The notes: generated from the sequence alone by a model not told the origin. 32,000 bases of DNA from Pseudidiomarina andamanensis (GCF_009734345.1 NZ_CP032551.1:480001-512000), one strand, 5' to 3'; positions 8,490 to 16,112 are shown, counted from the stretch's first letter. Program-made: numbers and translations.

Positions 8490-9553
8490 GGTAAGCGTAT
8501 CCGAACTTTAAGTTGGTGCTCATCACTCTCAAATGAAAGTTGACCTTGATGTGCTTTGATAATACTAAAAGCAACACTTAAGCCTAGTCCCGCACCACCG
8601 TGTCCACGATCGCCTTTGCGAGCCGAATAAAATGGCTTTAACCAATTTGTTGGCGATTCTACTAACGGTTCATTGAGGTAGTTGGTAATCATTATCTCTG
8701 CGCCTGTAGTTGAACCATGCGCGGTGGCTTTTAAGTCAATGGTAACGGGTTTCTCTAAGTTACTGTAACGCAGCGCATTATCAAGAATATTATAGAGTGC
8801 TTGGGTGAAGAGGCTCACTTGAACTTCAATAATACATTCTGGATGGTTCGAGGCGAGGTAGTTAATTCGCGAATTTGCTGGAAGCCTCTTTATAGTTTCA
8901 ACAATTACATCGTGTACAGAGATTTTTTGCGGGAATATGTGCACTGCACCATGTTCAAAGCGCGTGGCTTGAAAAAGGTTCTCAAGATAACTGTGTAGTC
9001 GCTCCGATTCCTCCGATGCGGCATTGATTAATTCCTCTTGCTGTTCAACGCTAATTTGCTCGCGGTAAATTTGCAACGTCGACAAATTACCTATAATGCT
9101 GGTCAAAGGGCTTCGCAAATCGTGTGAAAGGCTCAATAAAATCGTTGAACGCAACTCAGCGTCGTTCAATTCGGCGCGTTGAATACGCTCGCGAGTTATC
9201 CAGTAAACCATTGCCAATCCAACCGCGAGAAATACCGCCATCGTGGTGATTTCTTCAAAATCTTCCATATGCAATGAGCCACGAGGCGCAGTAAACAGGA
9301 AATTAAATGCTAATGCGCCAAATATTACGGCGCCATAAGCGATACGGTTTGGAACGGATAAGGAGGTAATGATCACGCCAGCAAGAATAACCAGAACCGT
9401 TCCAGAGCTAGGGAGTAACCAACGCTCTAGAACAAAGGCAATCGCGGTCATTAGGCTCATAATCGAGAGCGCTTTGATAATTGACCAATATTGATGGCTA
9501 ATTGTGCTGTTATGCAAGTTACCGTTGCCAAAATGAAGGAAGTAATAAGGCAA
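8486..9553 (-). CDS. membrane sensor histidine kinase, resembling the KdpD C-terminal half only (4 TM + DHp + CA); start codon uncertain
   Basis: There are four hydrophobic segments in the first ~120 aa. The H-box is LSHDLRSPLTSIIGNL, the N-box is YNILDNALRYS and the G-box is RGHGGAGLGLSV. The longest ORF starts at TTG 9553 and overlaps trkH by 35 nt. Alternative starts are TTG 9517 (1 nt after the trkH stop) and ATG 9460. No KdpD N-terminal, Usp or GAF region is encoded. Confidence 0.8.
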   Translation of the reverse strand: MPYYFLHFGNGNLHNSTISHQYWSIIKALSIMSLMTAIAFVLERWLLPSSGTVLVILAGVIITSLSVPNRIAYGAVIFGALAFNFLFTAPRGSLHMEDFEEITTMAVFLAVGLAMVYWITRERIQRAELNDAELRSTILLSLSHDLRSPLTSIIGNLSTLQIYREQISVEQQEELINAASEESERLHSYLENLFQATRFEHGAVHIFPQKISVHDVIVETIKRLPANSRINYLASNHPECIIEVQVSLFTQALYNILDNALRYSNLEKPVTIDLKATAHGSTTGAEIMITNYLNEPLVESPTNWLKPFYSARKGDRGHGGAGLGLSVAFSIIKAHQGQLSFESDEHQLKVRIRLP

Positions 9554-10970
9554 TTATAGTGAAGTACTCCAATCGACCCAATAGCATGGCAAAATTTAAT
9601 ATCCAAATGCCTGCATCGGTAACTGGAATGAAGTTACTACCAACTTCACCAAAACCAGGGCCTAATACGTTTAAACATGCCGATACCGCGGTAAATGATG
9701 ACCAAAAATCAAGGCCAGTCGCCATTAAAGCAATAGTCAGAACAAGGCTCATTGTGGCAGCTAGTAGCATAAACGCCATGACCGCACTCAATACGTCAGA
9801 GCCGACGAGTTGTTTTTGGTAACGCACGGCTTTTACCGCATGAGGGTGGGAGAGGAGAAAAAGTTGTTGGCGAATAATTTTAAAAGTGATGATGTCTCGA
9901 ACTATCTTATTGCCACCTGCAGTAGAGCCTGCACAGCCGCCTAAATAGCTTGTAAATACGAGCAACAAACCGGTCGCAACTGGCCATGCACTTAAGTCGG
10001 TTGCACCATATCCGGTGCTCGTCATAAATGAAACGATATGGAATATGCTTTGTGCAACGCGTTCACTTAAGGTGTCGTAATTAGCAGAAATAGTCAGAAT
10101 AATGATAAGAATAATCGATATTGCCGCAATTAAATGGATAAAAACGCGGGTTTCCTCATCTTGCCAATATTGATTCCACTGGTTCTTGAAAATTACGCGA
10201 TAATGTAAGTTGAAGCTAATAGCACCAAGTATCATGAATACATTAGCGATGTATAGAATGAGCTGGCTATCAAAGTATCCCATGCTGGCATCATGTGTTG
10301 AGAAGCCGCCTGTGGATACTGTTGTAAAACTATGTGCAATGGCATCGTACGCGGACATGCCAGCGAGCCAATAACTCAACGCACAAAACGTGGTAATGGA
10401 GACATAAATTAACCAGAGATAACGCGTGGCATAACCAACGCGCGGCACAATCTTTTCGTCTTTCACTGGGCCTGGGGTTTCGGCTACAAGTAAACGCATG
10501 CCACCCACGTTTAGCATAGGTAATACAGCAACAACGAAAATGACAACGCCAAGGCCGCCAAGCCATTGCAAAAATTGGCGATACATCAAGAAGCCAATGG
10601 GCATGTCATCCAAGCCGACGAGAATTGTAGCGCCGGTTGTGGTCATCGCGCTGATTGATTCGAACGTCGCATCAGTCCAAGACACATCGGTGACGAGATA
10701 AATCGGGATAGCGCTGCATAGCCCCGCCAACAGCCAAGTGAATGTGGCAAAAAGGAGACCATCTTGCGGATAAATCTTGGTTAACGGGACGTTTCTACTG
10801 AAAGCCCAAAATGAAATAGCGACAAGAAATACGAGCGCCGAGCTAAAAAAGAAGTGGGCGCCGGTACCATCGCGAAAATAGAAGACATTTAACCAAGCAA
10901 AGATGAATTGAACAAATCCAACCCAAGCTAGAGGAATACTGAGAAGTTTTAGAAGTATTTTAAGGCGCAT
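9519..10970 (-). CDS. trkH: Trk-type K+ uptake protein TrkH
   Basis: 483 aa, the same length as E. coli TrkH. It is a polytopic membrane protein with repeated pore-loop motifs (MTTTGAT, VSTGGFST, MTSTGYG, GGCAGSTAGGNK). A GAAGG SD lies ~10 nt upstream of the ATG at 10970. Confidence 0.9.
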   Translation of the reverse strand: MRLKILLKLLSIPLAWVGFVQFIFAWLNVFYFRDGTGAHFFFSSALVFLVAISFWAFSRNVPLTKIYPQDGLLFATFTWLLAGLCSAIPIYLVTDVSWTDATFESISAMTTTGATILVGLDDMPIGFLMYRQFLQWLGGLGVVIFVVAVLPMLNVGGMRLLVAETPGPVKDEKIVPRVGYATRYLWLIYVSITTFCALSYWLAGMSAYDAIAHSFTTVSTGGFSTHDASMGYFDSQLILYIANVFMILGAISFNLHYRVIFKNQWNQYWQDEETRVFIHLIAAISIILIIILTISANYDTLSERVAQSIFHIVSFMTSTGYGATDLSAWPVATGLLLVFTSYLGGCAGSTAGGNKIVRDIITFKIIRQQLFLLSHPHAVKAVRYQKQLVGSDVLSAVMAFMLLAATMSLVLTIALMATGLDFWSSFTAVSACLNVLGPGFGEVGSNFIPVTDAGIWILNFAMLLGRLEYFTIIALLLPSFWQR

Positions 10971-11010
10971 GCGGGCTGACCTTCTGAAATCTATAGAAGA
11001 TCAGCTTATT

Positions 11011-11046
11011 TCGGCGAATCATAAATATTCTATTGTGATTCGCCGA
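11011..11046. promoter_or_regulatory. perfect 11-bp inverted repeat (14-nt spacer) in the metC-like/trkH intergenic region; candidate operator or RNA hairpin
   Basis: tcggcgaatca (11011-11021) and tgattcgccga (11036-11046) are exact reverse complements. On the minus strand the spacer contains TAGAAT (11032-11027), a good -10 hexamer for trkH. Confidence 0.5.
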
Positions 11047-11051
11047 TTTTG

Positions 11052-11068
11052 TATAAAAATTATATAAA
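11052..11068 (-). promoter_or_regulatory. direct repeat TTTATA-N5-TTTATA (KdpE-box-like) upstream of trkH
   Basis: The minus strand reads TTTATA(11068-11063) TAATT TTTATA(11057-11052), 19 nt upstream of the TAGAAT -10 candidate. As I recall, the E. coli KdpE operator at kdpFABC has half-sites TTTATA and TTTACA separated by 5 bp. An AT-rich chance match cannot be excluded. Confidence 0.3.
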
Positions 11069-11069
11069 G

Positions 11070-12236
11070 TTACGTTTTGGGAAGCGCTTGAAATAGGTCA
11101 TTCAAAAGTTCGTGTTTGTCTTCAATGCCGGCTGATAAGCGCAGTAGATCAGGAGGGCAAGGTGTGCCTTCGCCTTCAACGCTGGCGCGGTGTTCAATCA
11201 AACTTTCGACGCCGCCGAGCGACGTGGCGCGTTTCCATAGTTTGGTGTTCGCCGCAAGATGCACTGCTGCGCTCTCACCACCTTTAACGCGAATGGATAA
11301 CATACCACCGAAACCGCCATGCATTTGCTTACAGGCGACCGCATGCCCCGCAAAACTTGGTAATCCAGGATACAAAACTTCAAGTATTTGTGGATGCTGT
11401 TCGAGTTGCTCAGCCAAGAACATGGCATTGCTACAGCTCTCTCTTACCCGTAGGTGCATGGTCCGCATGCCGCGGAGCAATTGCGCTGCGTCATGCGGGC
11501 TAGGAACGGCGCCACCTTGTGCGCGCACCGCGCGAATACGCTGCCAATAAGGCGAGTCTTGTTTGGTAATTAGCGCACCAGCAATCACATCTGAGTGGCC
11601 GTTTAGATATTTCGTCGCGCTGTGCATGACAATATCTGCGCCTAGCGCGAGAGGTTGCGTGAGCAATGGTGTCGCACAAGTGGAATCGACAGCAACCGCA
11701 GCACCGGCTGACTTTGCTAATTCACTGATGGCGGCGATATCACTAATGGTCCACATTGGATTACCAGGGGTTTCTAGCCAAACCAACTTGGTTTGCTGTG
11801 GCGTGATAGCTGCAGCCACCGCTTCAAGATCGGTCATATCGACAAAATCGATGCGTAAACCCCAATCGGTGGCGAAGTTTAGCAGCCAATTGCGCAGTGC
11901 CCAATACATGACCGTTGGTGCAACCACATGATCACCAGGTTTTAAACCCAAAAATACGGCTGTAGCGGCCGCCATACCCGAGCCAAATAATAATGCTTGC
12001 TCGCCACCTTCAAGTTGACATAGCAGCTGCTCAACCGGTTTATAAGTTGGATTGTCCGCTCGCGAATAAACATTACCGGTCGGGTAGGTATTATCCGCTC
12101 CGCGAATGTAGGTGGTCGCCACATGAATAGGAAGTACGACGCCTTGACTTTCTTGGTCGATTTTACCAAGCGCCTGAGCAAGTGCGGTGGCAGAACTAAA
12201 CGGGTAAGCTTTGCTGTTGGTCATGAATACGTTCAC
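11070..12236 (-). CDS. PLP-dependent trans-sulfuration enzyme (Cys/Met metabolism family: cystathionine gamma-synthase/beta-lyase/gamma-lyase-like)
   Basis: 388 aa. The PLP-lysine motif is HSATKYLNGHSDVIAG. The family C-terminus reads SLGGVESLIEHRASV...LLRLSAGIED. It is collinear with E. coli MetB/MetC-type proteins, but the exact activity cannot be resolved by eye. Confidence 0.85.
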   Translation of the reverse strand: MNVFMTNSKAYPFSSATALAQALGKIDQESQGVVLPIHVATTYIRGADNTYPTGNVYSRADNPTYKPVEQLLCQLEGGEQALLFGSGMAAATAVFLGLKPGDHVVAPTVMYWALRNWLLNFATDWGLRIDFVDMTDLEAVAAAITPQQTKLVWLETPGNPMWTISDIAAISELAKSAGAAVAVDSTCATPLLTQPLALGADIVMHSATKYLNGHSDVIAGALITKQDSPYWQRIRAVRAQGGAVPSPHDAAQLLRGMRTMHLRVRESCSNAMFLAEQLEQHPQILEVLYPGLPSFAGHAVACKQMHGGFGGMLSIRVKGGESAAVHLAANTKLWKRATSLGGVESLIEHRASVEGEGTPCPPDLLRLSAGIEDKHELLNDLFQALPKT

Positions 12237-12283
12237 TTGTGAGTTTGGCGAATTTGACGATTAGTATACGCTGTATTAAGCAT

Positions 12284-12311
12284 AAAAAAACGCACCCGGG
12301 GGTGCGTTTTT
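12284..12311 (-). terminator. Rho-independent terminator downstream of slyD (A-run/T-run flanked, potentially bidirectional)
   Basis: The plus strand reads aaaaaaa-cgcacc-cggg-ggtgcg-ttttt. On the minus strand the hairpin is followed by a 7-T run. The structure lies ~20 nt after the slyD stop (12330-12332). Confidence 0.8.
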
Positions 12312-12329
12312 GTCGCAATTTTCTGCGAA

Positions 12330-12818
12330 TTAGCCGTGGTTATGATTACCATCAGCGTGTACGTGGCCGTGGTCCAATTCACTTGGATCAGCATCACGTA
12401 CTTCAACTACTTCAACGTCAAAGTTCAACGTTGTACCAGCTAACGGATGGTTACCGTCAACAGTGACTTCGTCATCACTCACGTCAACAATCATTACCGA
12501 CTGCTCACCAGCATCAGTGCTAGCACGGAACTGCATACCAACAGCAACTTCGTTGTCACCAAACAAGCTACGTGGAACGGTTTGAATAAGACCGTCGTGA
12601 CGCTCGCCGTAGGCATCAGCTGGTTGAATTTCAGCTTCAAATTTGTCGCCAGTTGCTTTACCGTCTAGTGCGTTTTCAAGACCTTTGATCAACATACCGC
12701 GACCAAAGATAAATTGTAGCGGCTGACCTTCTTTTGATTGATCCAGAACTTGGCCTTCGGCGGTTTTCACAGTGTAGTGAATTCCAACAACTTTGTCCTG
12801 GCTAATAGTTTGACTCAT
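12330..12818 (-). CDS. slyD: FKBP-type peptidyl-prolyl cis-trans isomerase SlyD with a short His-rich tail
   Basis: 162 aa. The FKBP and insert-in-flap pattern is present (VVGIHYTVKT...GQPLQFIFGRGMLIKGLENAL...NHPLAGTTLNFDVEVVEVR). The C-terminal tail is DHGHVHADGNHNHG. The start ATG overlaps the ygfZ stop (ATGA). Confidence 0.9.
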   Translation of the reverse strand: MSQTISQDKVVGIHYTVKTAEGQVLDQSKEGQPLQFIFGRGMLIKGLENALDGKATGDKFEAEIQPADAYGERHDGLIQTVPRSLFGDNEVAVGMQFRASTDAGEQSVMIVDVSDDEVTVDGNHPLAGTTLNFDVEVVEVRDADPSELDHGHVHADGNHNHG

Positions 12819-13771
12819 GATTCATCCAAGTTATAAGGCAGTGGGTAAATTTCCAAAAGACTCGCGTCATCATCTTTCACTCTCAGCTTAGTATCTGCCT
12901 CAATATCGCTTGGCAGTACCGCTAAGAGATCAAGTTGATTGTCAGCACGGCTCACTGCATTAATTACCGTACCGGCACGTCGCCAATTGTCACCAAGTTG
13001 CTGTTCCAGCGTGGCACCGGCTGAAACCGATTGCCCTTGGCCAACTAAACGAAACAGTGCTCGCTTCTGCTTGCCCAAATATTTCATCCGAGCGATGGTC
13101 TCTTGGCCGATATAACACCCCTTGGTAAAACTAATACCATGCAACGCCTGTACGTTCAGCATTTGGGGCACATACTCCAATATTGTACCTGAAACTAGGG
13201 TCGGTCGACCACGTTCAATTTCAAGTGCATTCCAAGCATCCATTGAAGAATTTGTAGGAAAGTTATCACGTTCGGTTACCAAAAGGTATTGATCTGGCTG
13301 GCTACCTAAGGTCAATGCGACGCCATCTGAAAAAGCCGTTACGGCTTGCTCGTCGGCAACGTTCAACGGTTGTTCAAGCCATTCCGCTAAACGCGCTGGT
13401 GCCGCTGTACCGAAGACACCAAAAAGTGATAATTGCTCGGAAGCATCGACGATATCTGTTTTGCTAAATACACCGAACTTTTGTAACTGGGCCAGACTAG
13501 CGGCAATGGCGTCTTTATGACTCAGCAATAACACACTGTCAGCAAAGCGAGTGACGAATAGCGTACTCATCGCCTTACCTTTGTTGTCACAGTGTGCGGC
13601 AAACAACCAGCCACGGTCACTGAGTTGCTTCATGTCACAGGATAACTGCCCCTGTAAAAACTCATCGGTTTGTGGACCGGTCAGACGAATAACGCCGTAA
13701 TCTGTTAATGAAACCGTTACGTATTCAGGCTGAGCTTTGGTAAACTCTGTATCTAACACACGAAACCTCAC
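12815..13771 (-). CDS. ygfZ: folate-binding Fe-S cluster repair / tRNA-modification protein YgfZ
   Basis: 318 aa with the signature KGCYIGQETIARMKYLGKQKRAL (E. coli: [23 protein letters not shown]). It is divergent from sdhE, as in E. coli. Confidence 0.9.
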   Translation of the reverse strand: MRFRVLDTEFTKAQPEYVTVSLTDYGVIRLTGPQTDEFLQGQLSCDMKQLSDRGWLFAAHCDNKGKAMSTLFVTRFADSVLLLSHKDAIAASLAQLQKFGVFSKTDIVDASEQLSLFGVFGTAAPARLAEWLEQPLNVADEQAVTAFSDGVALTLGSQPDQYLLVTERDNFPTNSSMDAWNALEIERGRPTLVSGTILEYVPQMLNVQALHGISFTKGCYIGQETIARMKYLGKQKRALFRLVGQGQSVSAGATLEQQLGDNWRRAGTVINAVSRADNQLDLLAVLPSDIEADTKLRVKDDDASLLEIYPLPYNLDES

Positions 13772-13867
13772 TTTCTCATCGATAAACGAATAGATGGGGA
13801 TGTTTTTTCATTATACAAGCCGTTTTATTTCGCGACGCATAATTTTTGTCGTAAAAGAAGGATTCGC

Positions 13868-14140
13868 ATGGAAAAGTTGCAACAAAATGCCGACACATTG
13901 AAAGATAAAAATCGCCTTCGTTGGGCATGCCGTCGTGGCATGTTAGAACTCGATGTTTTATTTATGCCATTCGTTGAAGAAGCATACGATGATCTTGATG
14001 CGAAACAGCAAGATGCTTTTCGACGCTTATTAACTTGTGATGACCCAGATTTGTTCGCGTGGTTTATGGGGCATCAAAAGTGCGAAGATGAAGAACTGGC
14101 GGCCATGGTGGCTTATATACTCGGCCGCGTTAAAGTATAA
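13868..14140 (+). CDS. sdhE: FAD assembly factor SdhE (YgfY/CptB family)
   Basis: 90 aa. RLRWACRRGMLELDVLFMPF contains the RGxxE motif. LLTCDDPDLFAWFMGH matches E. coli LLECDDPDLFNWLMNH. Confidence 0.9.
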   Translation: MEKLQQNADTLKDKNRLRWACRRGMLELDVLFMPFVEEAYDDLDAKQQDAFRRLLTCDDPDLFAWFMGHQKCEDEELAAMVAYILGRVKV

Positions 14141-14157
14141 ATGCAGCGGAAGCGGCC

Positions 14158-14457
14158 ATGCTTTGGCAACTGACAGTTCGGCCGTGGGCATGGCTACGGT
14201 TTCCATCTCATGTCTGGGGCGTGAATAACGACACGGGTGTTTGGGTGCAACTAGACGACTTAGACCAAAAGTGTTGGCACTTGCAGCCGTTATCGTGGGT
14301 TACGCCGTGGGGCGCCTTATTAATTTTGCACCATCCGAACACTGCGCGGCGTTGGTTATGGTTACCGCGCAGTTGGCTTGGCGATGCGCAATATCGACGC
14401 CTAGCTCGATTTTTGTTGCGTTGGCGTCAATACGGTCGGCTTCGCCTCAGCCAGTAA
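14158..14457 (+). CDS. YgfX/CptA-like protein lacking the transmembrane hairpin (possibly degenerate)
   Basis: 99-aa ORF with a GGAAG SD 5 nt upstream, located 17 nt after sdhE as ygfX is in E. coli. The N-terminus [12 protein letters not shown] resembles E. coli VLWQSDLRVSWRAQW. The C-terminal [22 protein letters not shown] resembles HLWLAADSMDEAEWRDLRRILL. The ~45-aa hydrophobic middle region of the 135-aa E. coli protein has no counterpart. The 3' end overlaps nadB. Confidence 0.5.
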   Translation: MLWQLTVRPWAWLRFPSHVWGVNNDTGVWVQLDDLDQKCWHLQPLSWVTPWGALLILHHPNTARRWLWLPRSWLGDAQYRRLARFLLRWRQYGRLRLSQ

Positions 14458-16002
14458 ATCAGGGTAGTCGAGGTTGTAATGTAAACCGCGACTCTCATGT
14501 CGCGCCATGGCACTGCGTACAATTAATTCAGCAACTTGCACCAAATTACGCAACTCCAATAAATTATTACTGACTTTGAAGTGACTGTAATATTCGTGAA
14601 TTTCTTGCTGCAATAATTCGATGCGTCGTAATGCGCGCTGTAGCCGCTTGTTGGTTCGTACAATACCGACATAGTCCCACATAAATAAACGCAACTCGTG
14701 CCAGTTATGTTGAATGATGACCTCTTCATCAGAGTCATTCACTTGGCTTTCGTCCCAAGCGGGGAGGTCGGTACGTAACTTAACCTGCTGTAATTGTTCG
14801 ATGATGTTGGTTGCTGCCGCTCGGGCAAACACCAGACATTCGAGCAGTGAGTTGCTCGCCATACGGTTGGCGCCGTGCAAACCGGTATAGGCAACTTCGC
14901 CGATGGCGTACAAATTACTGACCGCCGTTCGCGCGTTTAAATCTGTTTTTACACCACCGCAAGTGTAGTGGGCGGCAGGTACAACCGGCATCGGTTGTTT
15001 GCTGATATCAATACCTAAACTTAAGCATTTGTCATAAATGTTCGGAAAATGCTCTTGGATAAACGCTTTTGGCTTATGCGAGATATCTAAGAACATACAA
15101 TCAGCACCGAGACGCTTCATTTCATAGTCAATAGCTCTAGCCACTACATCGCGCGGCGCTAGTTCTGCTGCTGGGTGAAATTCAGGCATAAAGCGACTGC
15201 CGTCAGGCCGACGTAACACGGCTCCTTCGCCACGTAACGCTTCGGTTAACAAAAACGATTGGGCGTTGGGATGAAATAAGCAGGTTGGGTGAAACTGATT
15301 AAATTCCATGTTGGCAACTTGACATCCAGCACGCCACGCCATGGCAATACCGTCGCCACTGGCGACATCTGGATTACTCGTATACTGATAAACTTTGCTG
15401 GCGCCACCGGTACATAAAGCGACAAATCGCGCCGCAATTGTTTCAACACGTTGATTCACACGATTCAATATATACGCGCCGTAACAACGCTGTTCACCAC
15501 CAACATGTTTATGCGTAATCAAATCAACTGCGTTGACGCGTTCTAGAATTGTAATGTTCGGATGTTGTTTCGTTTGTTCAACTAATGTCGTTTGCACCGC
15601 GCGACCAGTCGCATCTGCTGCATGGAGAATACGGCGATGGCTATGACCACCTTCTTGATTTAAGTGAAACTGACCATCATCAACACGATCAAAGCCAACC
15701 CCGATATCAATAAGCCATTGTAAGCTTTCTTTGGCATGACTTGTGGTAAACTTTACCGCATCAATGTCACATAATCCGGCACCGGCAACTAAAGTGTCTT
15801 CAACGTGGCTTTCAATGCTATCATTCTCATCGAATACAGCAGCGATACCGCCTTGTGCGTAGTAGGTTGAGCCTTCAGTTAACGGCCCTTTAGAAAGAAC
15901 CGTAACTTGGGCGTGGTCAGCTAGTTGTAAAGCTAGTGTTAAACCAGCAGCGCCGCTACCAATAATGAGTACATCGCATTGATAATGTGACATTTGTTCC
16001 AT
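14401..16002 (-). CDS. nadB: L-aspartate oxidase (NAD biosynthesis)
   Basis: 533 aa. The FAD dinucleotide-binding N-terminus is [17 protein letters not shown]. The product is collinear with the SdhA/FrdA-type flavoprotein fold and has the C-terminal [12 protein letters not shown]. It is divergent from rpoE, as in E. coli. Confidence 0.95.
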   Translation of the reverse strand: MEQMSHYQCDVLIIGSGAAGLTLALQLADHAQVTVLSKGPLTEGSTYYAQGGIAAVFDENDSIESHVEDTLVAGAGLCDIDAVKFTTSHAKESLQWLIDIGVGFDRVDDGQFHLNQEGGHSHRRILHAADATGRAVQTTLVEQTKQHPNITILERVNAVDLITHKHVGGEQRCYGAYILNRVNQRVETIAARFVALCTGGASKVYQYTSNPDVASGDGIAMAWRAGCQVANMEFNQFHPTCLFHPNAQSFLLTEALRGEGAVLRRPDGSRFMPEFHPAAELAPRDVVARAIDYEMKRLGADCMFLDISHKPKAFIQEHFPNIYDKCLSLGIDISKQPMPVVPAAHYTCGGVKTDLNARTAVSNLYAIGEVAYTGLHGANRMASNSLLECLVFARAAATNIIEQLQQVKLRTDLPAWDESQVNDSDEEVIIQHNWHELRLFMWDYVGIVRTNKRLQRALRRIELLQQEIHEYYSHFKVSNNLLELRNLVQVAELIVRSAMARHESRGLHYNLDYPDLLAEAKPTVLTPTQQKSS

Positions 16003-16085
16003 AAAGTATGTGGGATATTTTGCGTGACAACACGCTGATCTGCCAAAGGAATAAAAGCGATTTTACTCTTTTGAATTTTTTTTGC

Positions 16086-16112
16086 GAACTTTTTACGAAC
16101 ACTTGGGTCATA
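16086..16112 (+). promoter_or_regulatory. candidate sigma-E-dependent autoregulatory promoter of rpoE
   Basis: GAACTT (16086-16091), a 16-nt spacer, then TCATA (16108-16112), followed by CTTTGC. The E. coli rpoE P2, as I recall it, is GGAACTT-N16-TCTAA-CCCTTTGC. Confidence 0.5.

Noticed and set aside
11116-11931. Two plus-strand ORFs (144 aa and 122 aa) antisense to the metC-like gene.
   Set aside because: Their Ala/Ser/Cys/Arg-rich composition is typical of the reverse frame of a GC-richer gene. The opposite strand encodes a full-length PLP enzyme with an intact active-site motif.
13868-14457. The sdhE/ygfX pair as a CptB/CptA toxin-antitoxin module.
   Set aside because: SdhE is a conserved flavinylation factor with an intact RGxxE motif, sitting in its usual ygfZ-divergent context. 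The putative toxin homologue lacks the membrane hairpin. Nothing in the sequence supports an active TA or defence role.
14241-14573. A 110-aa plus-strand ORF overlapping both the ygfX-like ORF and the nadB 3' end.
   Set aside because: It is in a different frame from the YgfX-like similarity, has no SD, and lies largely antisense to conserved nadB codons.
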